Below, in pieces: positions 35,236-50,560 of a DNA stretch of 64,000 nt. Numbering within the stretch: the stretch's first letter is position 1; each line of letters starts with the position of its first letter. Location: assembly GCF_009914755.1 (NCBI RefSeq), contig NC_060938.1; one strand, given 5' to 3'. The position numbers and the translations under genes were made by a program. This DNA comes from the human T2T-CHM13v2.0 reference genome, Homo sapiens. The notes under the pieces are model-generated. The model was not told where the DNA came from. It saw nothing but the letters and a program-made list of their open reading frames with translations, and searched no databases.

Positions 35236-35344
35236 CTCCTTTCCTCCCTCCTTTCTCTCTTTTCTTTCTCTCTCTCTTTCTCCCTTCTCCCCTTCCTTCC
35301 CTCCCTCCCTCCCTCCCTCCCTCCCTTCCTCCCTTCCTTCCTTC
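35236..35344. repeat. CT-rich polypyrimidine tract followed by a deleted antisense Alu (to about 35508)
   Basis: Seen directly. Confidence 0.88.
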
Positions 35345-36273
35345 GTTCCTACCATCTGTCTGTCTGTCTAGCTTTGTTGCCCAGCTGGCTGGAGTGCAGT
35401 GGCACCATCTTGGCTCACTGCAACCTCTGCCTCTCTGGCCCAAGTGATCTGCCTGCTTTGGCCTCCCAAAGTACTAGGATTATAGGTGTGAGCCTCTGTG
35501 CCTGGCCTAGAAACTAATTTTCTTAAACTAAATCCACTAAATTATCATAGAGCAGACCATTGCTGTTATAGAAACATATTTTAGAATACTGCAGAGTATT
35601 ACAATATTCAGAGCACCTGCACTTGGAGAACCCTCCCCTCCAGACAGGTTCTGCAGGGTGCACTGCCTCCTTTTCTTTCCTCTGGGCTGCATTAGGAGGA
35701 GGGAGGTGAATGGGGAGAAGGAATCAATCTTCCTGTGTTGACATTTTCCAGACCCTGAGAAACGTTGAGTTGAAAGATAAGTGTGAAAGCATCTCTTTCT
35801 TTTGATGGTGTGTGAGATGAAAAGCACTTGCTAATAGCCCCTCAGGTCAAAGTAACACATTTGACAAAAAGGAGCCTCAAGCTTTTGCTTGTCAGTGTCC
35901 ATATTTGATTGGAAATTTCAATCTGAGATTTGGTGCTTGGATTTTCCTAGAATTTGCCAATTACTTGTTGCTCTGGTTCCAGCTGACTTTTAGTCTTCCT
36001 TTGGGTACTACCACTGGGTGCAGTTTGTTATCAGTGAGTAGCTCTTCTCTATCGGGCTGTGTAAATGTACCCCTATTTAATTCATTCAACAAATTATTTT
36101 TTAAATACTTATTGAATCTGGGCTCTGACACACAGGTAAAAGTCAATGTCTCTTGCCACTTGTAAGCTGTCTAGAAGCAGAAAGGCCCATAAGCAGAGGA
36201 ACATGCAATCAGTGGGGTAATTGGTAGTCACTGCAGTGGAAACATGAGCAGGGCAAAGCATGGTCAGCTGGAG

Positions 36274-36410
36274 CAGTGGTTCTCAAAGTAGGGTCCAGGG
36301 ACCAGGAGCAGCCAACCTATTGAGTATAACCTTGACAGTGGGGCCCAGCAATCTGTGTTTAATAAGCCTTCTAAGTGATTCTGATGCATGCTCCAGACTG
36401 TGAACCATGG
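36274..36410 (+). mobile_element. MER5A-like hAT MITE
   Basis: cagtggttctcaaagt...ggggcccagcaatctgtgtttaataagcc...tgattctgatgcatgct. Confidence 0.8.
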
Positions 36411-36496
36411 GCATAGAGGATTAGACAATCTTTGAGATTTTTTCCAGCTCTTCAAGTCTATGCATATGGTTAAGAAATGTGATATTTACCACATTG

Positions 36497-36793
36497 TTTT
36501 TTTTTTTTTTTTTTGAGACGGAGTCTTACTCTGTTGCCCAGGCTGGAGTGCGGCGGCACAATCTCAGCTCACTGCAACCTTCGCCTCCTGGGTTCAAGCG
36601 ATTATCCTACCTCAGACTCCTGAGTAGCTGGGATTACAGGTGCGCACCACCACGCCCAGCTAATTTTTGTATTTTTAGTAGAGACGGGGTTTCACCATGT
36701 TGGTCATGCTGGTCTCGAACTCCTGACCTCGTGATCCGCCCACCTCAGCCTCCCAAAGTGCTGGGATTACAGGCATGAGCCACCGTGCCTGGC
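36497..36793 (-). mobile_element. Alu (AluSg-like)
   Basis: Antisense dimer. Confidence 0.95.
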
Positions 36794-36860
36794 CCTACCC
36801 CGTTGTATTTTAAGAGCATTAGTTGGCACTAATATCATATAAAACATTAATTGCAGTGTA

Positions 36861-37125
36861 GGCTGGGCACTGTAGCATATGCCTGTAATCCCAGCATTTT
36901 GGGAGGCTGAGGCGAGAGGATCACATGAGCCCAGGAGTTTGAGACCAGCCTGGGCAACATAGTGAGACCCCAATCTCAAAAAAAAAATTAGCTGGGCTAT
37001 GGTGGTGCATGTCTATAGTCCCAGGTACTAGGGAGGCTGAGGTGGGAGGATCGCCTGAGCCTGGGGGATTGAGGCTGCAGTGAGCCGTGAGAGACACAGT
37101 GAGACCCCGACTAAAAAGAAAAAAA
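36861..37125 (+). mobile_element. Alu (AluJ-like)
   Basis: Dimer with deletion. Confidence 0.92.
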
Positions 37126-37637
37126 GGAATGTAGGTAAAACAAATTCAATTTTACTATGTGTGTTGTTGAAGTGAGCACATAAAACAAATTCAAAATGAT
37201 ACAGTTATGTTTGACAGTGGAGCAATAGTAAATTGGACTTAAAAAACTTTATTATGAAAAATTTCAAATATATTCAAAAGCAGAGATAATAGTAAAATGT
37301 ACTATTGCATAACGATTACCCAGAATGAATATTATTAAATCCTGTCAATCTGGTTTTACCCAGGTCCTCACATATCCCACCCGTGCTGGATTATTTTGAA
37401 GCAAATTTTATACATCATATCATTTTATCCTTAAATAATTGGATTTTAAATTATTTGAGATATTAAAGTGCTAGAAATGAATTTGAAACCAAATCATGTG
37501 TAGCCATTTCCTGGTTTCCCTTACATTATAGATAAAACTTATCTAGAGCTAATTTACACAAAAGTTGGATAAAACAAAACAACAGTTGGACACATGTACA
37601 TATATTCGTATTTGCATAACATCTACTAAAAGTATAC

Positions 37638-37885
37638 TTTTTTTGTTGTTGAGGCGAAGTCTCGCTCTGTCACCCAGGTGGGAGTGCAGCGTGGTGTGAT
37701 TATGGCTTATTGCAGCCCTGACCTCCTTGGCTCAAGTGATCCTCCAGCCTCGTGTTTTGATATTTTGTAGAGACCGAGATCTCACTGTGTTGCCCAGGCT
37801 GGTCTCAAACTTCTGGGCTCAAGAAATCCTCCTGCTTTAGCCTCCTAAGGGGCTGGGATTAGAGGCGTGAACCACTGTGCCTGGC
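37638..37885 (-). mobile_element. Alu (AluJ-like)
   Basis: Antisense, internally deleted. Confidence 0.9.
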
Positions 37886-38089
37886 AAAAATAAGTATACT
37901 TGTCACTACCGTGAATACATTTTATTAAAACATTTTATTTACTGTCATTATGTTAGCAATATGTGCATTATACTTATAGATAATATTCTAGAATAGTAAG
38001 AAAGACTATACACGCATGCCCTGCCAAAATTGAATTGTTGCACTTGAAGGGGAAATTTTAATTTGAAAGGCAGGTTTTTAGGAAGGTAG

Positions 38090-38448
<359 letters not shown>

Positions 38449-39142
38449 TTGGGGCAGATTTTTAATATATGTAAATTAAGAATTCTCAGTACTCATTTCA
38501 GCAGTTATGTTGCCTCATTTGGAAAGAAAAGGTATTCAGCATGTGGGGATGCATAATACATTTTAAAAATCCGTTCGTCTTAGTCAATGTGCTCCATGGT
38601 GTCTTTTTTTCAAGGTTCGAGATGACACATTTAGTAGGAGATCAGGTTATGGGATAGTTCATGTTTGGAGAGGGGACAGAATTGATTTACAGACATACCA
38701 CCTGTTTTCTCCTACTTTGGCTTTGGAGGACAAGTTGTAGTATCCTGAGGAAAAGCTGATTGTATCACTTATGACTGAGATTTTCATCTTTAGCCGCTTC
38801 TGTGTGATACATGAATTAATGGGTCATAACATAGGAGTTAGCTAATTTTCATTTTAAAATATTACTCAGAAGATATTTTTATCTTAATTGTACATTTCAA
38901 CAACATAAATAAGCTGTTCAAGACTGTCTCCCATGCCTCCAAAACAAATAAAAACCCCCCACAACTCAAATGCATATAAGCTGTTACTATAGTATAATGG
39001 TGAGTTATAGCCAGTGTATGATGGGATTGTTGATAGAATAATGCATATTAGAGCTTTTAGTTCAAAAATTTGAGATAGTGATTCAGAAAGAAAAAAAGGA
39101 ATGATTATCATGAATTCTGTTTATTAGAATTCTGTTTATTAA

Positions 39143-39463
<321 letters not shown>

Positions 39464-39650
39464 AAGATGTGTTTTATTATTTGCACTTGTGTAATGGCAA
39501 AGAAAATAGGTTACTAAGCTTGCTCTTGTTAGAATATCCTTTGTAGTCACTCATTTGATGATGTTGAGTAAGAATCTTTCCTCTGTTAATACGTCTTTGT
39601 TTAAAAGAAAATAAGTTACCTTTGTAGTCTTTGTACATTTTTCTTTGCAG

Positions 39651-39820
39651 AAAGTTTCCCCTCTGCTGGATAATAATTAATTTTATAAAAGTGTTTAATC
39701 CAGTACTGATTATATTCCCTTGTGAGCTGGATGAAAAGAAACTTCTGAATGTTTGTAACCACAGATTGATGATTTGGTTACAAAGACTCTCTGTTGGTGA
39801 TGGTTTCTGAGAACTGGAAG
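39651..39820 (+). other. Candidate internal 5'-UTR exon (170 nt)
   Basis: Strong acceptor (ctttgtacatttttctttgcag|) and strong donor (AAG|GTAAGC) in non-repetitive sequence; contains stops and only short ATG-initiated ORFs. Confidence 0.65.
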
Positions 39821-40111
39821 GTAAGCTTGTTCCTTGGGTGAGTCATCATGTTGTCTTGCAGTCGGTCATGTGTTTTCTTAGCAACTGCTGTTGATTTCAG
39901 GTTTGAGCAGGGTGAGCATGTTTTGAAATGATCCAACAGATTCTTTTAGGTTATATATGGCTGCTAAATCTTATACACTTACTGTTACTATTATGTGTCT
40001 TACAAGGAGTGAAAGATTGAATTCTTTTTTTATCTCTACCTTCCAAATCATTTCTCTTCTAATTTGTTTTTCAGGGGTAGTGAGGACTGGGAGTGGGGGT
40101 AAAAAAGGAGA

Positions 40112-40842
40112 AAAATAAATGAATCTGGGATATCATGAGTCTGCCTGTTTATGCCCCTGGACTAGAGCAGAACCAAAAGGACCTCCATGTGCTGATAGGG
40201 TTAAATATGATTTCCTGGGGTGTTGATCTTGAGTAATACTCCGTGTGCATACATTCTATAGGAACAAGTGAATTTTAGAAATGTCTGTGGTATAGTGTAG
40301 TGGTTAAAAGCTTGGGTTCTGAAATCAGTCTGACCCCTGGTTCAAATTCTAGCTTTGCCATATACTAGAGGTGTTATTTTGGGCAAATTACTTAACCTCT
40401 CTGAGTAGAGTTTCCTCATCTGTAAAAGTGAAACTAAAATCCCACGTACTTATATTACTGAGATAATACAGGTAACAGAAAGCATAGTACCTATAGAACA
40501 CATGGTAACAAATGCTAGTTATTACATTCAGTTCAAGGGTGCAGTACACAAGGGGCTAGGTATCAGGTGTTTAGGGGACAGTCAGAAATGAATCATATAT
40601 GAGCCCTAATTCTTCAGGAACTGGGGGAGATGGCCTTGTAAACAAGTCACTGTAGTATTATCTAGAATGGAAGAAGTGCCAACTGAAGTACAAGCAAGGT
40701 GCTGTGGGTGCATAAAGCAAGTGATGCCAACTTTGGGGAAGTTAGGGCTAATTTTGTAAAGCATTTGCCATTTGAGCTGAGGGTGTATTGCCAGGCCTAG
40801 AATGATGAGTAGGGCTTTTATGGGTGGAGAGTGGAGGAGAGT
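40112..40842 (+). repeat. Inverted repeat, left arm (731 bp)
   Basis: Exact reverse complement of 45572-46302 except at 40259/46155; contains a MIR (about 40288-40520) and L2-like sequence. Confidence 0.97.
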
Positions 40843-40971
40843 GATTCTCCTGCCTTAGCCTCCCAAGTAGCTGGAGGCTACTCCCAAGTGGAGGAGAGTA
40901 GATTTTGTATTTTTAGTAGAGATGGGGTTTCACCATGTTGAGCAGGCTGGTCTTGAACTCCTGACCTCAGG
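40843..40971 (-). other. Rearrangement junction made of antisense Alu fragments and short templated inserts
   Basis: Every piece maps to nearby sequence; see findings. Confidence 0.85.
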
Positions 40972-41100
40972 AGAATCACGTGAACCCAGGAGGTGGAAGT
41001 TGCAGTGAGCCGAGATCACGCCACTGCACTCCAGCCTGGGCAACAAGAGCAAAACTCTGTACCCACCCCCCCCCCCAAAAAAAAAGAAAAGAAAAAAGAA
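40968..41100 (+). mobile_element. Alu right-arm fragment (broken Alu)
   Basis: caggagaatcacgtgaacccagg...gagcaaaactctgt followed by a C/A tail. Confidence 0.92.
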
Positions 41101-41732
41101 ATTTATCTGGCCTTTAAAAAAAAGAACACCAGGCTGGGCAACCAAGCAAGACCTTGTTTTTACAAATCAAAAACAAAAAACCTGTTTCCATCTACTTCTG
41201 AGATTCCTTTTTCTTTAGCATATCTTCTAGCTCATTAAAAAAGGATTTATGGATCTTCTTGGAAGATAACACTTCCAACAACAAAAATGTTCCTTCTGAC
41301 CCTTTATCTCCAATGACTTGGATTACAAAATTCTTCAATTTTCTTTTCATGGAATTTCAGACTATAGTTTTGAGATTTCTAAGAAATATTTTTTTCCTTA
41401 TCTCAAATCCTTCCCTGTAGAAATATCCCTGATATGTCCTCAGCCCCCAAAATACATATAATATGTTCTCAACCAACAAGAAACACCACTTAAGTTGTTT
41501 CCTCTCCGCTGGTGAACAATTAGAACACTGCTTTAAAAATGTCTTATGCATTCCACAACATTTTCCTGAGTAGAAACAAAACTCGAAACACCAAAGGAAC
41601 TTGAGATGTCAGACTACTAAAACAAAAGAAAATCTCTGTGGTATTCTTTGGGTGAACTCTTTCAATTTACTTAAAAAGCTGGCCAACTAAGAGAGGTACT
41701 AAGATTTGCATCTGTTTTAAAACACTTATTTT

Positions 41733-41850
41733 GGCCAGGCATAGTTGCTCACACCTGTAATCCCACCACTCTGGAAGGCAAAGGTGGGAAAATCGCTTGA
41801 GCCCAGGAGTTCAAGACCAGCCTCAGCAACACAGCTAGACCCCATCTCTA
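41733..41850 (+). mobile_element. Alu monomer (FLAM-like)
   Basis: Left monomer. Confidence 0.87.
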
Positions 41851-42045
41851 TTCTTTTTTTTAAAAAGCTTATCTCAGTATTTCTATATTCCTTTGGACAA
41901 CCTACAGTGCAAAAAAAGTGAAATATCAGTGACACCTACTTTGTTATAGCTTAAAAGTGAGAACAGGTAAATTCTCTAACATACATGATCAAAATTGTAA
42001 GTTCTGTATTTGAAAATAATGATAAAACAGCAATAAGAATCACTG

Positions 42046-42325
42046 GCTGGGCGTGGTAGCTCATGTTGAAATCCCAGCACTTGGAGGCCAAGGCAGGAGA
42101 ATCACTCGAGCCCAGGAATTCAAGACCAACCTAGGCAACATAGTGAGATCCCGTCTCTACAAAAAATTTAAAAATTAGCCAGGTGTGGTGGCACACAACT
42201 GTAGTTCCAGCTCCTCAGGAGACTGAGATGGGAGAATTGCTTGAGCCCAGAAGATGGAGATTGTGCCACTACACTTCAGCCTTGGCAATAGAGCGAGACC
42301 CTCTCTCCAACAAAAAAAGAAAAAA
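42046..42325 (+). mobile_element. Alu (AluJ-like)
   Basis: Dimer. Confidence 0.92.
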
Positions 42326-42329
42326 TTGT

Positions 42330-42540
42330 TAATATTTATTTAGTACTCAATTGGTGCCAGACACTTTACATGCACCATCTCTTTGATCCTATGTTATAAG
42401 CCTATAACACAGAAACCATCTACCTCATTTAAGGAAACAGAGAGGTTAAATAACTTGTCCAAACCATACAGCAAGTTACTGGCAAGACTGGCTTGAACAC
42501 AAGTCTGTTGGGCTCCAAAGCCCATGTCCTTAAACAGTAC
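42330..42540 (-). mobile_element. MIR
   Basis: cagagaggttaaataacttgtccaa and ctccaaagcccatgtccttaa. Confidence 0.75.
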
Positions 42541-42679
42541 CATGAGAGAACTCTTAATGGACAAGATATATCCAGTCTACTCATTTACCCCATGATTCTG
42601 TACAGAAACTTAGCACAGCACATTTATATGAGCATTCAACATATGAAGTAGTTAACAGATTAATATAGTTACCAAACTA

Positions 42680-43422
<743 letters not shown>

Positions 43423-43629
43423 AGCTTTTTGCCCACTGTTGCAGTTAACTGGCAAACTTGTGTAATAAATTAACTAACAGAACTGGTTTAGCAACAAATG
43501 AGATGCACAAGGTCTTTAAATTATAACCCTAGGTATGTTGGTGATTTGAAAGGTGACCTAACAGCATTTAAAGTAAGTTATATTTTATATTTATGGGGCT
43601 TTCAAAACCACAGTCAAAAATAAGAACCC

Positions 43630-43840
43630 AAGCCTGAGTAACATGGCAAAACCCCATCTGTACAGAAAACACAAAAATTAGCCAGGCGTGGTGGTGCACA
43701 CCTGTAGTCCCAGCTGCTAAGGAAGCTGATGTGAGAGGATTGTTTCAGCTCAGGAGGCAGAAGGTACAGTGAGCCGAGATCATGCCACTGCACTCGAGCC
43801 TGGACAGCAGAGTGAGACCCTGCCTTAAAAAAAAAAAAAA
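43630..43840 (+). mobile_element. 5'-truncated Alu
   Basis: TSD aagaaccca. Confidence 0.9.
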
Positions 43841-44695
43841 GGAAGAACCCATATTGATGAAATCTTAGTAATAAACCCTGATATCAAATACCTAGGTGAA
43901 AAGGAAAAAGGTCAAATTCTAGCTACTTTGCCTAATTATTCCCAAGGTCCCAGGTGTCAGAAACATTTAAATAAGATAAACATAAAATTGTCCATAGCAA
44001 TTATCTCTAGGAAGAGAGACTGCAAGAATGGAAAATGAAAGTAATATGGGGAAGGGCTTTTGCCTATGTGTGCATGTGTGCGTGTGTGTGTATGTGTGTG
44101 TGCTGGGGTTTTTGTAATAACAAAAATTCCTTAAAAGGCATTCAAAGTCTGATCAGACTTAATTTTTATCTGCATCCATGAGCTTGGCATAAGGATTACA
44201 CATTTCATTATCTAATAAAGGGGACACCATTAAGGAAAAGAGCAACATTCTCTCTGCCCCTTTGGCCTCTCCAATTGAACTAAAACAAGACTTATTAAGT
44301 TTTTACCCACTCCAAAACAAATGTTTCCATTTCATCAGAAGCAAGAGAGAAAAATCTTAAAGGACATTAACCTTCAAGCAGCTCCGAAGGGAAAGGAATA
44401 TTAGAACTTGAGAAATAAAATGGAGAATGAAACTCCCTTGACACTCTTCAGGTAACAAGGAGAACCACACAGTTAAAGAGCTATTCCCTCCTCATAGTGA
44501 AACCCTGAGGTGGAAACTGATGAAAAGTGTCCCAGAGAGCAGCCTGCTCGCTGCCTCTGGTACTCACTCATTTATCCATTCTTCTGAGCTTAAAGAGAAA
44601 AGATAAAAATGAGAAGTGCTTTAAAATTAAAGTTGATGTTTAAATATCACGTCTCTTCTGAGCCCCTACTTTTTCATCTTAAAAATACTATTTCC

Positions 44696-45011
44696 AGCCA
44701 GGCATGGTGGCTCATGTCTGTAATCCCAGCACTTTGGGAGGCCGAGGTGGATCTCCTGAAGTCAGGAGTTTGAGACCAGCCTGGTCAACATGGTGAAACC
44801 CCATCTCTACTAAAAATACAAAAATTAGCCGGGCGTGGTGGCGGGCACCTGTAATCCCAGCTACTCGGGAGGCTGAGGCAGGAGAATCGCTTGAAACGGA
44901 GGTGGTGGGGGAAGGGGGCAGAGGTTGCAGTGAGCTGAGATCGCGCCACTGCACTTGAGCCTGGGCAACAAGAGCGAAACTTTGTCTCAAAAAAAAAAAA
45001 AAAAAAAAAAA
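44696..45011 (+). mobile_element. Alu (AluS)
   Basis: Dimer with a small G-rich insert and A-tail. Confidence 0.95.
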
Positions 45012-45571
45012 CTGCTCCCAATAAATAATTTGCAAAGGTGCTTAGCATAAAACCTGAGACACAGTGGGTACACAATAAAATGTTAGCTTCCTTCTTTCAG
45101 AACTGAATTTCCAACTGCCGGATAGATCTCGCACTAATCTTTGAGTTCACAAGACCCATTAGCCCACCCCATTGCTGGAATATCCAATTTATCCCATACC
45201 TTCTCCTCCTGTATTTTCTCTCTCTCAAGTAATAGCATGAACATTGTCTTTGGCACCTAGTTTCGAATTGTCTGTCTTCTATCTCCTTTTAATCCCCTCT
45301 GACTCTGTTCTCCAAATGTCTTCATCACTCACCTGAATTTCTGAAACATCCTTGTAATTGGACTCCTGCCTCTCTAATACATCTTTCAAAACATTATTGC
45401 GAAACACAGCTCACACCAAACACCTGCTTTGGTTCCCCATTGGCCATGAGAATATAGTCTGAACACTTGTGTGTGAAAAACCCTCCAAAATATAACCACA
45501 AATCATCTATCCAGCCTTCTCTCCCACCACACCCTGCCATTAACCCTGTGCTTTTCTTCAGCCCACAATCT

Positions 45572-46302
45572 ACTCTCCTCCACTCTCCACCCATAAAAGC
45601 CCTACTCATCATTCTAGGCCTGGCAATACACCCTCAGCTCAAATGGCAAATGCTTTACAAAATTAGCCCTAACTTCCCCAAAGTTGGCATCACTTGCTTT
45701 ATGCACCCACAGCACCTTGCTTGTACTTCAGTTGGCACTTCTTCCATTCTAGATAATACTACAGTGACTTGTTTACAAGGCCATCTCCCCCAGTTCCTGA
45801 AGAATTAGGGCTCATATATGATTCATTTCTGACTGTCCCCTAAACACCTGATACCTAGCCCCTTGTGTACTGCACCCTTGAACTGAATGTAATAACTAGC
45901 ATTTGTTACCATGTGTTCTATAGGTACTATGCTTTCTGTTACCTGTATTATCTCAGTAATATAAGTACGTGGGATTTTAGTTTCACTTTTACAGATGAGG
46001 AAACTCTACTCAGAGAGGTTAAGTAATTTGCCCAAAATAACACCTCTAGTATATGGCAAAGCTAGAATTTGAACCAGGGGTCAGACTGATTTCAGAACCC
46101 AAGCTTTTAACCACTACACTATACCACAGACATTTCTAAAATTCACTTGTTCCTTTAGAATGTATGCACACGGAGTATTACTCAAGATCAACACCCCAGG
46201 AAATCATATTTAACCCTATCAGCACATGGAGGTCCTTTTGGTTCTGCTCTAGTCCAGGGGCATAAACAGGCAGACTCATGATATCCCAGATTCATTTATT
46301 TT
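45572..46302 (-). repeat. Inverted repeat, right arm (731 bp)
   Basis: Reverse complement of 40112-40842. Confidence 0.97.
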
Positions 46303-46541
46303 CCAGCTGTTTTTTTCTCATCTACTGTCATTTTACTTTTTTAAATTTAAATTTAAATTTTTAATTTTACTTTTTTGTCTTTAACCAGTTAGAATGCTAA
46401 GATTTGATGGTTAAATAAGACCAAGTATCAAATATTTAGTACGAACTCTCCATTTATCAATGCGGTTGCACAGAAATGGATGGTTCTTTGGAGGCAGAGT
46501 TAAAGAGTAATACAAACTCAAGAAGGACAGAAAGGAACTAA

Positions 46542-46904
<363 letters not shown>

Positions 46905-46956
46905 TAACATTCTAGTATGAAAACCATTATCTAAAGTGGTTTTAAAAGAGATGTCA

Positions 46957-47145
46957 TTTTTTTTTTTTTTAATCTTTCAGAGACAGGGTCTCACTGTGAG
47001 AACCCCAGCTAACTTTTATGTTTTTTGTAGAGATGGGGTTTCGCCATGTTGCCCAGGCTGGTCTCAAACTCCTGAGCTTAAGCTGCCTGCCTGCCTCAGC
47101 CTCCCAAAGTGTTAGGATTACAGGTGTGAGCCACTGCACCTGGCC
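46957..47145 (-). mobile_element. Alu, internally deleted
   Basis: Antisense consensus. Confidence 0.88.
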
Positions 47146-47499
47146 AACTTAAATTATATCTATATATAGATATTGTTTAAAAATTACATAATATTTAGGA
47201 CCTATGAAAAGGTATAAATGATTATACAGTAAGTATATACCTGCTTTAGCATCCTAGTTCAGAAATAAAATATTGCTAATTTGGTTGTGACCTCTTCCTC
47301 CTCCCCAGAGGAAGCTGCTGTACTGAATTTGGTATTTATCATGCTTATGTGTTGCTTAACAATTTTGTTGCATATGAATGTTAAGGTTGATTTTCAAAGT
47401 ATTTGACAGCTGGTAGTGTGTGGGCCCGGCCGTGTCAAGTTGTACCAGCCTAATATTAGTCCTATCATGGATCCCTGGGAGATACTTTAAGATTCTATC

Positions 47500-48160
<661 letters not shown>

Positions 48161-48728
48161 TTACTGTATGTTGCACATTCTTCTGCAAGTTGCTATCTTT
48201 CCTCTCAACTGTGAGATTCATCCGTCTTGGTATATATGTAACTCTGATTCATTGATTTTCATTGTTTAATATTCCATTGTATTAGTATGTCTCAGTTTAT
48301 CCATTCACTTATTGGTTGATATTTAGTTTTTTATGTCTCCTTCTAGGACCCACCTGTTCACGTCTTTTGCTTATTTTCCTGTTGGGTTGTTTGTCTTTTT
48401 CGTTTTGATTTGTAGGTGTATTGTTTTTGTAGTTTTCTGGAAACAGTTACTCATTAACATGCACATAAACCACATAATGACAGCTTTGCCTTTCCGATAT
48501 TATTGGAGCTACATATAGCTACTCATATTTGAAAATGGGTATACTCTAATCAGACTGATGTGAAGTACATAAGTAGAATTGTCTGAGTGTTAATATGCCA
48601 GTGACTGTAGATATAAACATATTTCTTTATTTAGAATGGATATGACTTACTTTTTTTTTTGATAAAGATTAATTTCCCCATATTTCCATAGTCATGCAGG
48701 TGAAGGTGTGGACTCTACAGTACTCTAA

Positions 48729-49042
<314 letters not shown>

Positions 49043-50398
49043 AAGTACTTACCTTTGTAAGAAATCATAAGATTCTCATTTTTTTCTCCATTAACTACAT
49101 AAAGCAGGACAATGGTTGGCACCATTGCTTCCTCACTGAACTGTGGATGGGTCTCAGCATGCAAAGGAAGTAGAAAGTGAATGGGAGGACGGCGGCTGTT
49201 GCTCAGAAGTTCCTTCCATAATTTGATTTATTAACACTATTTGGGTTGTTCATGGCTTGGTTTTCCCTCCCTTTTTCCTCCAGTGAACGGTGACTTGACA
49301 GAGGTACATAGGAGGCTACTTGTTCTCTTGTTGGCTGCTTGTATTTGCTTTCTGGAAGGTTATTGTTTTCAAGGATCTTAAGCACCTGGATTAGGACAGT
49401 TAAAAACCATTTGTTAGCTTGGAAAATGTCATCTTCCTCTTTATCCTGCTGTCCTGGCTGTGTGCTTCCTTCTCTCCCTTCCTGTATCTCTCTTCCTTAC
49501 AGATTGCTTGCATTACGTATCTATGAGATGTCCGTCTGTCAGAGTGTTTAACGTGTTGTTCATTGTAGTTCTTTAAAACCTTCTTATAGTTGCACAAAAA
49601 GACGTAAACATTTAAAAATACTTTTGGTACTGGAGGTTGCCTTTTCCTGGAGCATTGCATCTGATTTCCTTGTTATTTGTAGACTAAATCCTACTGAACG
49701 CTGTGGCTCTCCCTGCCTGCCCTCTGCTCCACTGTCTCTGCTTCTCACCTCCTGGCTCTGCAGGCCTCTTTTGTTGTTGGGAGCTAACAAAGTACCATAA
49801 TTTGCTAGATGTCGCAGGAAGATGACAGGCCAAGGGGTTCCAGGAAGGATATCTATGTAACCTGCCTGAGCTCTCTTATCTTTAAAATTGCCACTAACTA
49901 GCCTTGTCTCTCTTGGGAATAGCCAGAACTTTAGAGTTAAGAATGTTGTTCAAAAGAAAGATGTTTATTTTTAGAGGCAGAAAATATTTTGAGCCTATTT
50001 GCCATAACTGCTTTTTTTTAAGAAACAAAAACTAATGGACTTTACAAGTGGGTAACCTCAAAGGGAAAACAAAAATCTTGCAAGAAGATTTAGCAATGTT
50101 TAAAAGTTTGGAAAACAAGCTTCATTAAGTAACTTTTTATGTTTGCTTAGTCAAAATTAATATTACTATAATTATTCTGAAATTCTCTTTTTCCTTGCAT
50201 TTCTTGCCAAATAACCTGATTTAATGACATAGAAAATAAAAAATGTCAAAGGGGAAAAGTATTTAAAGACATTTTGTTGTTGGTACAAAGGGTGTGGTGT
50301 TATCACTAGGAGACAAGCAGAGTTCTCAGAGATGGTGTCATCTAAATTAATTTTATCTTCTTCATGATCACATGGATAAAAAAATTCAAACCTCTGAT

Positions 50399-50560
50399 TT
50401 TTTTTTTTTAAATGGGGTGTTGCTATGTTGTCCAGGCTGGAGTGCAGTGGCTACTCACAGGTGTGATCATGGTGCACTAAGCTTTAAACCATTGGGCTCA
50501 AGTGATCCTCCTGCCTCAGCCTCCCAAGTATCTGGGACTACAGGTGTGCATCACTTTGCC
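50399..50560 (-). mobile_element. Alu monomer (FAM/FRAM-like)
   Basis: Antisense monomer. Confidence 0.82.

Noticed and set aside
39112-39141. 15-bp tandem duplication gaattctgtttatta x2 (similar short duplications near 20045 and 38096)
   Set aside because: Ordinary slippage-type microduplications; no array structure.
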